From: Chiloscyllium plagiosum | Lineage: Eukaryota | Assembly (NCBI RefSeq): GCF_004010195.1 | Contig: NC_057750.1 | Coordinates: forward strand, 17,792,092 to 17,856,091 | Direction of reading: 5' to 3' | Length of the DNA: 64,000 nt | Shown: one piece after another, positions 51,701-63,700 of the stretch | How the letters are laid out: each line of letters opens with the position of its first letter | How positions within the stretch are numbered: position 1 is the first letter of the stretch | Notes under the pieces: model-generated | The model's database searches: none | What the model was told of the DNA's origin: nothing | The model's input: the letters and a program-made list of their open reading frames with translations, nothing else | Made by a program: the position numbers and the translations under genes

Positions 51701-54700
51701 ACTGCTGTGGGAAAGAGACCTGTTTGTTTATTATGCACTCCTACACCAGTCTCTCCCACCAGATCGAGCTGCAGTAATGCCACTTTATGTTAAATGCTGT
51801 GATTTACATCAATATCTAATTATGGTAAATCAGTGTTTTCAGAATAATGATTTGTGGGTCAAATGTCCCACTTTTTAGTGGAATCCCCTACACTTGCCTT
51901 TTGTTTTTTAAGATTACAGTTCAGGAATTACCACCACTTAATGTGATGGAATCTTTCCTTTACCTTTTCTCTCTCACTCCATTTATGGTCCTGGTGTTTT
52001 GAAAATAGCGTAAGTCACCAAGTTTTAAAAAAAAAAATCCTCTCAGCTTCCCGGATTCCCAGAGTAACGAGTTCATACTTACACTGAATTGGTTTTCAAC
52101 TCCGAACTTTCCAGACCTTTCCCTACAATGAGCCTTTCACAAATGAGTGCTCTTCATGAATGGATACGCCATGTTCGGTTGCGAGCTGGTTATATTCTCT
52201 TCACAAACATTTTGCTGTAACTCAGATGAGGGACCCACCCAACCAAAAAAAACGTGGAATTTCATTGAGAAAAAGATTATTTTCCTTGACCATCCACACA
52301 TTTTTGTGAGCCTGTCACAGACGATGAAGCAACTGAAACTCCGCAGAAGTCTGGTGAAACTCTCGTTGTACCGACACTTCACCAATACTTTAATCTTTGC
52401 TGTTTTTGGTAAGTCTTCCATTCTTACACAATATTAAATAGTGTGTGTTTGGGAGTGGTGACGAGCAATGTTTGCAAGGTGTGAAAATAGCTTGCTTGAA
52501 ATGCAGATTTCCACCTCCATGCTCTATTATCTTCAGCAGTTGTGCAGTTCTTTTAATCAATATTGGAAATTACAGGCAACTTGGTTCTCATTATGAATCA
52601 AGCTTTGACCTAATGTTCTAGTTAGTATTTAAGAAATCGGGAGTTGTGTCTCCAAGATAGCTGTCAACACAAAGCTAGCTGAGAGTGTATATTGTGAGGG
52701 CATGTTTTGCAAAGAGATATAAATTAGTTAGAGTTGACAACAAGGTGACAAGTGGAGGTATAATCTCGAGACCTGCAGTTATTCACTTTGGCTATAATAG
52801 TTGAAAAGCAGACTATTTTTAAAAAGCATGAAATTTCTCATTGTTGCTTAGAGACCTGAGTGTACTTTGACATGGCAGATAAAGCTACTGAGAATTTGGA
52901 TGGTTATGGCATGTTTAACTTTACTGCAAGGTTCTGGACTACAAGAGCAAGGAAGCCTTGCAGCAATTATATATGGTTTTGGTGAGACCACACGATGGAT
53001 TTACTGTGTGTAGCTGTGGTCTCCAAACCTACAAATGTACTCTGCTTGAAGGCAGGGTAAGTTCACGAGGTTGATTCCTGGGACAATAAGGTTGTCTTAT
53101 GATGAGAGACTAAGGGCAGTGCTGTGGAGTTTAGAAGAAAGAGGGAATTTAATTGAATCATGCAGAGTTTTTCAGGGGCTTGTTAGAGCAGACACTGATT
53201 ATTTCCTCTGGGGAAACATAATCTCAAGATAAGGATCTAATATTTAGGACTGCAGTTGGAAGTTGGAGATGGTTGTGGATGCTCTGTTGTTGAGTATATG
53301 ATGGCAGAGAGAGATTTTTTGATCTGTAAAAATTAGAGATATGGGGACTGAAATTGTAGCATCAGCAGTAATTGTGTCTGGTGCAGCAGGTTGGAGAAGC
53401 CATGCAACCTATTCAAATTCGCTTAGTTTTGCACTGCATGGCACAGATATGCATCTTAGCTTGATCCCCAATCTCTGCAAATATCAGTGATGTGACTCAA
53501 TGATCTAATTTGACATTTAGTGGCCTTGGCTTGGAAGAGGCAGATTCAGCCACAGTTCCATTTCTGAATGCCATGGAGGGATTCCAGCTGGATAGTTTGT
53601 AACCCCTATCTTGACTTTGGCTGCAATACCTGCTTGCAGGAAGATCCTTGCTAGCTCTCACCACCCTTTATTAGTTTACTCAGATGAGCCTTGTGATTGA
53701 GCTCAAAGAGGCCTGTCTTTACCCCAGAGTACTTGCATTGAGGAGAGATGATGAGCACGCCAGTTACATTTCTCATATTCCAGCATATTATTGTGTTACT
53801 TGTGATTGTTTTAAATTGACCCCAAAGCAGTCAAATTTGGTGCACAATTTTCCCTCAAAAAGTTGTAACCTGTGTTATGCAGAAGTTTTATAGGTTTGTG
53901 GGGTTTTAGTATTAGGACTCTCAGATAAGGTAAAAGAGTAGAATTACATCGTCAACCTGCAGTTTATAACATATTCATACGTTGCCAGGTGAGATTCCAG
54001 ACTTAAAGGCCCATTACAGCTTATTTTAGAATGGGGATTAAAATGTTGCCCCAAACCCTGTGCATACTGCAAGTTCAGCAGACTGGCTCAGAGAGAACAG
54101 AAGTCTCGTCCAAACTGTTACTCATAAATATGTTTGAGAGTAAATCCTTCTCCAACAGCATCACGGTTTTGTTTTCCGCTTGTTTACCAGGCTTCTGGTA
54201 GATTTGGAGAATGAGGCTTCATTTCTGGCAGTGTTAGCGCTCGCTCTCAGTCTTGGAGCGTAGATATCATTGGTAGAGGGATGTAACAGATAAGCCACCT
54301 GCCCAGTAATTTGGGAAATAGTTTGTGAGCCATTGAGTCCTTGACAAGGACGCCTTGAGGATCCCAACATTTCGGATGGGGGTTAGAAAGGCAGAAAGTG
54401 ATGTACAAGATTTGTGTGTGGGTTTTTCCTAGGGTCATTCGTGTCTTCAGAAACATTTTCAAGTCGAAATTTTGATCTCCCATTTCTTCTTTGTCTTTTC
54501 TTTGGCTTGTTGTAAATGGAAAGTTTGCTTTAATGGTAACTGCATCACAGGTGTTTGTGTTCTTTCCTCAGCTTCAGTGATTTTTATTATCTGGGTGACT
54601 ATGACATTCAGGTTTCCAGCCTGTCAGTTGGTGAGTAAATATCTCGTTGCACTGTTTGTGTAGTTAGTGTCAGCTTCCCTTGTGTTTCTGACTGATTGTT

Positions 54701-57700
54701 CTCCAGTAAGGGCAGGAAGCCTATTTATAAGGCTCCATGAATTATTACCAGTGAATATTTGCTAATGATGCATCAGGCCACTGCAGCCAACTTAATAAAG
54801 GATTTGCACTGCATGGCACAGATTTAGCCAACAATAGAACTTCAACACCATTTAGCCAACAATAGAACTTATGTAATATCTTCCGGTCTGTTTTTCCTGA
54901 CCCCACTGCTTTTCTGTGCAGGTATCATCAGTCCTCAGAAGGGTTTCAGTTCTACTAGTTTATCAGACACATTCAATTGGTGGTAGAGGCTCTTCTGATC
55001 TGAACGTCATGGGTTCAAACCCACTTGATGGTTTAAACACATGATCCAAGTTGACACTTTCGAGGTGGTGCTGAAGATGATCTCTGTTTAATGGAGGTGG
55101 CGTCCACAAGTTTTAAACGTTTGCAACAAAAACTTCCAGCTCGGCGAACAGAACCACAGTCAAATCCTAATCACTTTCTGTATTAAATCTAAAAAAGACC
55201 ACATTTTGTTGAAACTTTCCTTGCATTCATCAGGGCAGCCTGCAAGAATTATCAAAGTAAAGGGAATTATTATGATTTTTGTCATAACGTTTGTTGAATA
55301 ACCCTGAGTGTGCAAAGAAGTCTGCTGCCAATCAGTTTTGAACTGCCAGTTGACTCTGCAGCATGAACTGGAAGCACCATATATTAATGCACAGATCTAT
55401 GTTCTTTACAGGGAGAAGGAATGTGCATGCATTCTGCTTGTTTCAAAACAGGTAACAGGAATTTGCAGGCTTATTTCTCGGGCAGTATTCTAACCAGTCG
55501 AGAGTCAAACTGCCTGATTTGAAATCCAAACAAAATCTGACAGTCAACAGTTGACGTATATTAATTGATGCATTCTTATGGCAATCCTTCTACTTAATCA
55601 GTCCACGTGCCAACGAAGTGGCACTCTGTTCTCTTAAGTATAAATGTTGGCTTTCTCCTTCACTGGTATTCTTGCAAATTGCCCTGATCGTGCAAAATTA
55701 AAAGTGGGATAGTTCTTACTGTACGATAACTATTCCAGCAAAACAAAGTGAGCCAAACTGCAGAGGCACCAACACATCCATAATCTTCTAGGATTATCCG
55801 ATGAGTGAGTCAGAGGTTAGGCAGATTTGCCTTGGCCAATCAGAGATAATGTGCTTCGTTTAAAATTAACTGTTATAATTGTCTGGTGCATTCATCATGA
55901 CAATGTATCTGCCAATTGGAGTTTGCTGATTTACTGTTTTGATTCCTCTTTGGTATTCATGCAAAATATCCTGATGAGTGCATGACTAAAAGCTTTGACC
56001 CACTGTCTTTTATCAGCAAATCTTAAAATAAATTAACTGGCTGTGCTTTGTTTGCACGTGGCACTTGAGGCAGGATGCCCATTGCACTTACCAAGTCTTT
56101 GTCATGACCTGTCTGAGTCTTGCAGTGCACTCCGTAAACAAGGCTTTATTTGTTTTTGGACCCAGGATTGGAGGGAGCAGTGGATAGAGGATGCATTCTG
56201 GCGGTTTCTTTTCTCCGTTTTACTGCTTGTCATAATGTTCTTGTGGAGGCCGTCTACAAATAACCAGAGGTATGCTCCCTGTTATCCATTGTGCAAGGTC
56301 TTGTCACTAGCGCATTGAGTATCTGTACTCCGGGGGGAAAACAAGACCACACAAATATTGATACGGTTTAACGGGAGATTTAAAAACCTTGCGTGACATT
56401 CTGAATTTATTCCCCCCCCCCCCCCGGTTTGCATCAATCTCCACCCTTGATCTACACTGTACCAGAAACAAATTCATATTGGAATCAAAATCTGCACAGA
56501 TTAGAGTTCCTTCACAGTTTAACTGCAAACTGTATAAAGACTTCAATCACTGTTTGAACTGACACCCTTTCGAATGCACCCAACCAAGTTTTTAAGCTGC
56601 CTTCTTCAGTTAGCGATGCATCTCATGATGTTATGGAGGTTTGCAGCATGAAACAGGCTCTTCAGTCCAACCTGTCCATGCCGCCCGGGTTTTTTTTCAA
56701 TTTGCCTGCGTTTGGTCCATATCCCTCCATACCTATCCCATCCATGTACCTGTCCAAATGTTTCATAAATAACAAAATGGTACTCGCCTCCTCCACTACC
56801 CTGTCAGCCCATTCCAGATACTCACCACCCTCTGGGTTAAAAAATTGCCCCACAGGACATTTTTGTATCTCTTTCCTCTCACCTTAAACCTGTGCTGTCT
56901 AGTTTTAGACTCCTTTACCATGGGGGAGAAACTGTTGGCTATCTACCTTATCTATGCTTCTAATGATTTTGCAGATCTCTATAAGGTCATCCCTCAGTCT
57001 CTTAGGCTCCAGGTGAAAATGTCCCAGCCTATCCAGCTCTCCCCATAACTCAAACCTTCTCGTCCAGGTAGCGTCCTGGTAAATCTTTTCTGCACTTTTT
57101 CTAGTTTGATAATATCCTTTCTATAGTGAGGTGACCAGGACGGCACACAGTACTCCAAATGTGGCCTTGTCAATGCTCTGATCAGCGTTTGCAGAGGACA
57201 TTTACCAGAATGTTACCATCGTTAAAGGATTTGGTTCACTGGAGAAAAGAGACATTGGGGTAATCCTTAAAACCAGAAAGTTTGCATGGAAATCTAATTG
57301 AGGGATTTGAAATACTGAAACTAAAACCAAAACTGTTTCCCCTGACAAGGGTCGAACCAGAGTACAGATTTAAGGGAAAAGGTCACTGGAGGGAGATGTC
57401 CTGAATGTGCTGCTTGAAAGTTTGATGGAAGCAGTTTAAGTGATAACTCCATCAAAGTATTTTGGATAAACACTTGGAAAGAAATAATTTGCAGAGCTTT
57501 TAGGAGAAAACAGGGAGGAAGAGTCGATTGGTTTGCTGTTTGTGAGCTGATGCAGATATGCTGAGTCCAGTCTTCCATGCTGTGATTTTCTGTACGTGTG
57601 AAGTTACAGGTTTCCGTGATATTGCCATCCTTTATTGTTTTGCAGATATTCTTATTCTCCATTGGTAGATGAAGTTGATGATGAAGAGGAAGAGGAACAG

Positions 57701-60700
57701 TTGATCAGTGAGGCTTTTGGTGAGTTTGGCTGTTAATACGTCAAGGCACACAGGATAAATCTATAGTTACTCATTTTCCTTTCATGGCCTTGGTGTCTCA
57801 AAGCACCAAAGACCAATGCTGTAATTGATGTAGTTTCTTTTGTAGAGTTGGGAATCATAATATCTTGAGGTCACAAAAGATGCTGTATAAATGCTGCTGT
57901 TACCTTTCTTTAATTTTCTCTTACATTCTTAAAAATTAATGAAATCCGAGGGACTCGCCTAGGAAATAACAATATTATGCTAAGTCCTGTTAATTTTGTA
58001 ACGTCGTCCTTTCTAACTTGGACCAAAATTGGAAAGTCTGTCTACAGTCTAGCCAAGTCGGTAGGATACAATTCCATGATTATGACTACAGAAACCACTA
58101 TCACTGTCCCTGGATATATCCTGTCCCAACAGCAGGGCAGGCTCACCAGAGGTAACCGAACAATGGTATACAGTCAGGAATGACCCTGGATGTCCTCAAC
58201 ATTTGCTCTGGACCCCACAACGTCTTACATCTTCAGGTCAAACATGGGTAAGACAACATACTGTCACATGCTGTTGCTCTGCACCCCTTTCCAAAGTTGA
58301 TGAATTAATACTCCTCTACGTTGAACACCCTTTGGAGACATCTTTGAGGAGGAAAGGTCACAGAATGTACTTTGGGTGGGGGACTTCAGTATTCATCTCC
58401 AAGTTGGCCCAACTGATCAAGCTGTTTGAGTCTGAAAGAACCTATCTGCTAGACCTGGCCTATGGCAGGTGATGAGCGAAGTGTATTCTTGATCTCATCC
58501 TCACCAGTCTACGTAGCAGATCCTACTATCATGAGAGTGCTGGTGAAAGTGATCATTACACAATCTTTGTCGCGATAAAGTACTGCCTTCACAATGATAA
58601 TGCATCATGTTGTATTGCATTATCACTATGCTAAATGGGACGGACTTCAAACAGATTTGACAACTCAAAACGGAGCATCCACGATGCAGTGCAAGTCATA
58701 AGAACTTGCAACCTCACAACCCAGCAGATCACTGTTCTGCCGTTACCACGAAGCTGGGAGATCAGCTCTGGTTGAATGAAGGGAACAGGTGGGCATATCA
58801 AGAGCAGCAGCAAGCATTCCTAAAACTGAGGCAAGCTGGGGAAACTACAGCACTGCAAAGGCTAAGGACCCTGAAAGCATAATATGAAAGGCTTTGTACT
58901 TAACAACTGTTTGTGCCCCTTATTAAACTGTTCCATCATCTTGATTTAGACCTGTGTCACCATTCCTTCCCTATCCATGTGTCAAAATCTTGCATCTCCC
59001 TTGCATCATTCCAACAATGTGGAAAATTGTTCAGGTGTGTCCTTTCTGCAAAAATACAGGACAAATCCAAAGTGGCCAGTGTTACGGACCAGGCTAGATT
59101 CCTCAAAACATTTCAAGAATGTAACCCAGACCCTAACTTTGCTCGTTGTTTTCAGCAGGTGTAGAGTGGATATTCCAGGAGAGATGCAGCTGGACCAACC
59201 ACTTAGTTTCAAACAAAACAGAATTTATTGACAAGATTACTGAATGAAACAAACAAAAGAGAACTGAATAACTTAAACTGTCTGAAAACCCAGCAGATCA
59301 TCCCAACTTAATGATGCTGTTCCAAATACTTGCAACAATCCCCATAAACCCCCCTGGGCACAAAAAGTTAAATCAAACATGGTCTTGAAGGAGAGATGTG
59401 AGAGAGTACCAACATAGATCTTCTTCTTTCGGTCCAGCAGCCTCAGAACACTACTGTGCTAAAACCAGAGAAAAGCTGAGCTGGGAGAAGTGGCCGCTCC
59501 CCTTTCATTGTACAAATGTGTTTTTTTTTAACTTGAAAGCCTTCTACCTGAAGGTAGTAGTATCTGTTAGCTATGATCAAATTAGCTCTTAAACCCTTCA
59601 CAGACTCCGAAAAGTCTAAGTTGTCTTTTATTACCTCCCTGAAAGAAACCAAAGGGCAATGTAACCTTGTTTAAAGGAGCAGCATCATCTCAACCAGTAC
59701 TGCCCTCAAGTCTAATCGATCATCAGTAAAGTCACAGAAGAAGTATTTAGATTAGATTAGATTAGATTACTTAGTGTGGCTCAGGCCCTTCCGCCCAACA
59801 AGTCCACACTGATGCCTCTGAAGAGCAACCACCCAGACCCATTCTCCTACATTTACTACTTCACCTAACACTGCAGGCAATTTAGCATGGCCAATTCACC
59901 CTTACCTGCACATTTTTTGGACTGTGGGAGGAAACTGGAGAACTCGGAGGAAACCCACGCAGACACGGGGAGAATGTGCAAACTCCACACAGACAGTCGC
60001 CTGAGGCGTGAATTGAACCCGGGTCTCTGACGCTGTGAAGCCGCAGTGCTAACCACTGAGCCACCATGCCGCCCAGGTAATCACTAATGCAGTGGCAATT
60101 GCAGAGAAATAAACTACTTCCAGACATTCTGAGGAAGGGTCACTCTGATTTCCATCAACAGATGCTGCCAGACCTGTTGAGCTTTTCAAGCAACATCTGT
60201 TTCTGACATTCAGTTTGTGTTCTGCGAGGGCCATTGGGCTCTTTACCTCATTACAGCCTTGATTCAAATGCAGACAAAAGATAAATTCCAGTGTAGAGGG
60301 GCCAGTCATGACCCTGTCAGCAAGACTGCATTTGACTGAATGTGGCATCAAGGGCCCTAGCAGAGCGAGAGTCAGTAGGAATCTAGGGAAAATTGTTCAC
60401 GAGTTGAAATCCTATCGAGGACAAAGGACAATGATTGTGGCTATTGGAGGTCATTCATTTTAGTAGAAGGACTGCAGGAGTTGCTCAGGGTGTGTTCTTT
60501 TTTAATTCATTCAGAGGATGTGGACATTGCTGCCCAGGCCAGCATTTACTGCCAAGCCCTAGGGGGGCAATAAAAAGTCAACCACTGGGTCAGCAGTAAC
60601 AGGTAAAACAGATAAGGGCAGCGGAATTTCTTCACTACAGTGAACTGGAGTAGTGAATCAAGTGGGTTTTTCCAACAATCAGCAACAGTTTCATGGTCAT

Positions 60701-63700
60701 TATTAGACTGTTAGTTCCAGATTTTTCTTGAATTCAGTTTCCACTGACTGCCATGGTGGGATTTGAACTTGGGTTCTCAGAAACATTGCGTTGGTCTCTG
60801 GATTGTCTTACAATAGTGAGAACACTTGAATTGTTCATTACCAGTGAAGTACTTTTTGGACATTAAGGGCTTGGAAAGGGTTCTAGGGTGTAAGTCTTTA
60901 ATTTTCAATCATGGTGTGTCCATGAAATGCAATGCCTAACAAATAACCCTCACTGCCAGTTACTAATGAGATTGCTAAGCAATTACATGTTTGAAATGAT
61001 TTGCTCACGACTGTTGATTTACCCAAGAGGGACAACAGTTCATAAATTTAAGCTGTTGAGTATGGTTTCTGCATTGCGTACAACACATTACTCTGCGTTC
61101 ACTATCTTCAATTCTTTGGCACCATTAATGCTTTAATTATTTCTTCTATCTTCAGAGGGAATGAAGATAAGACCCATAAAATCAGAGTCTAATGGCACAG
61201 TCAAACCCAACAAAATGGTGAGTGAGTTTTCATTGTTGCTACCCAGTGCAAAAAACTTTTGCTTTATCAGCTTGACCTTTGCTGTTGGTGTTCTCCCTTT
61301 GAGACAACTTCAGACTTTAACACTGCTTGCTTGTAACTCAAGGGGGAAAAAAAAACATGGTTAGTCCATTTTAACTATATGAAATCTTGGGACCACTATT
61401 CTGAGAATTGGTGACAACAGCATCATGTTGAATCTGTGCATGTGTCCACCAGTCTCTGTGAGCTTAATGTTTCCAATTGAGTGTAAAAGGAATCAATCTG
61501 CACAGTTTCTGTGGGTGAATGCAAAACAGTGAGTGTGCTCCTGATATTCCACCATTTGGGGGCAAGACTTCCTCTGTTCACTATGCATTAGCGAGGTAAA
61601 TGTGGGGTTAAAAAGAAATGTTCTTTATTTTCTTATTTTGAAATAAATTAAAATGCTAATTCAAACACAGACATTCTTAGGATTTCTTAGAAAATAAGAT
61701 TCAGCCAAAATCTTCCTGTGCTGCCTGTAATGCTTTTAATATGCAGTTCTGGAGCATGCCTCATCTGCCCTCTCCATCATCAAACACTTAAGTCTATTTG
61801 TGACAATATACCATTATTGATCCAGCTTTTCCACGTTGATAATTCAAACCTGTATTAGTGTAAATAGGCTCAGTGGCTACACAGGTACAGCCATTCCTGA
61901 ACTTTAAGAAGGCACTGTTACTTTTGCAAGATTGATGATGATGATTTGGTGCTTATTAGGCTGGCCAGCTTACAAATAGCTGAAGCCAGGGAGCTGTGAA
62001 AAAAGCATAGGGGAGCAAACAGTCTGTTCAGTTGGGCCTATTTGTTGCTCTGGGTACCTTCACATCCTGGATCTTGGTGTTACTCCCTGCAACCTGCCAC
62101 ACTACAGAGACTAGCATCCGTACAGAAATGTCAATCAGATGGAAAATAGCTACCAGTTCAATTTCCATGTTAAAACACAACATTGGATTATCAAGTAAAA
62201 TAAAACCAAGAACTACTGATGCTGGAAATCTGAAAGAAAAACAGGTTGCTGGAGAAACAGCAGGTCTGGCAACATAGTTCAGTAAGGCATTCGACAAAGT
62301 TCTGCATGGTAGACTGGCTAGCAAAGTTACAGCAGTGGAATCTAGGGAGAGCTAGCCATTTGAATACAAAATTGGCTTGAAGTTATTATGGAGTGTTGCT
62401 TTTCAAACTGGAGGCCTGTCCCCAGTGATGTGCCTCAAGGATTGATGCTGGGTCCACTGCTTTTTGTCATTTATATAAACGATTTGGATGTGAACATAGT
62501 ATGTATAGTTAGTAAGTTTGCAGATGACCACAAAATTGGTGGTGTAGTGGACAGTGAAGAAGGGTATCTCAGAGTACAATTGGACATTGATCAAATGGGC
62601 CAAGGAGTGGCAGACGGAGTTTAATTTAGGTAAATGAGAGGTGTTGCATTTTGGAAAGGCAAATCAGGGTAGGATTTTTATACGAAATGGTCAACTCATT
62701 GGGCATTCTGCTGAACTGAAAGGCCTTGGGATGCAGGTTCATAGTTCCTAGAGGTGGCGTTGCAGGTGAACAGGCTAGTGAAGAAAGTGTTTGTCTTTAT
62801 TGGTTAGTACATTGAGGATAGGAGTTGGACGTCATGTTGCAGCTGTACAGGATATTGGTTAGGCCATTTTAGGAGCAGAGTTCAATTCTGGTCTCCCTGC
62901 TATAGGAAAGATGTTGTTCAACTTAAAAGGGTACGGAAGCGATTTACAAACATGTTGCTGGGACAGTGGAGTGTTTGAGCTATAGAGAGTGGCTGAACAT
63001 GCTGGGACTATATTCCCTGGAGAGGTGGATGCTGAAGGGTGACCTTTATAGAGGTTTATAAAATTATGAGGCACATAGAAAGAATAAATAGGCAAGGTCT
63101 TTTTCCCAGGATAGCGGAGTCCAAAAGTAGAGGGTATAGGTTTTTAATGAGAGGGAAGAGATTTAAAAGGGACCTGAGGGGCAAAGTTTTCACTCACACG
63201 GTGGTGCGAGTATGGAATGATCTGGCAGAGGAAGTGGTGGAGGCTGATACAATTACAGCATTTTAAAAGGCATCTGGATGGGAATATGAATAGGAAGGGT
63301 TTAGAGGGATATGAGTTAAATGCTGGGTGAGATTAATTTCGGATATCCGGTCGGAATGGACGAGTTGGGCCAAAGAGTTCTCTCCATGCTCTACAACTCT
63401 GTCTGAGGAGAGAGCAGAGTTGAAGTTTCGGATTCAGTGAAGTGTTCTGAAGCCTCCAACTATATCTGTTTTTGGAGTATCAGATGGTGTCCTGGATTGG
63501 AGAGGAATTTCTTGGGGTTTTCTCTGTATTGCCAGACTTAGGAAGACGCGTGATTTTGAAAATGGTGGAGAGAATGTATACATAAACTATCCGAGCTATG
63601 TAGAACGTGCTGGCTGAGCTGAAAGACCTTTTTGTTGTTGTAGCCAAACCGATGTAATTGGTGAGCTAATGGGAAGTAAAGATTGCTGACCCCTGTGCTG

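Larger units (their letters stand above)
47445..52299 (+). other. U12-type (minor spliceosome) AT-AC intron, 4855 nt
   Basis: 5' ATATCCTTTT; branch site TTCCTTGAC at 52282-52290; ends ...catccacAC at 52298-52299; the join restores ...IVWW|IFVSLSQ. Confidence 0.92.

Noticed and set aside
52276..52299. GT-AG solution for the 52300 exon using the upstream in-frame AG (adding IIFLDHPH)
   Set aside because: No pyrimidine tract before that AG, and it inserts non-conserved residues into TM5; the AT-AC solution fits the consensus at both ends.
55190..56000. Further hammerhead-like ctgatga motifs
   Set aside because: Helix II and GAAA cores are degenerate; cannot be supported as ribozymes.
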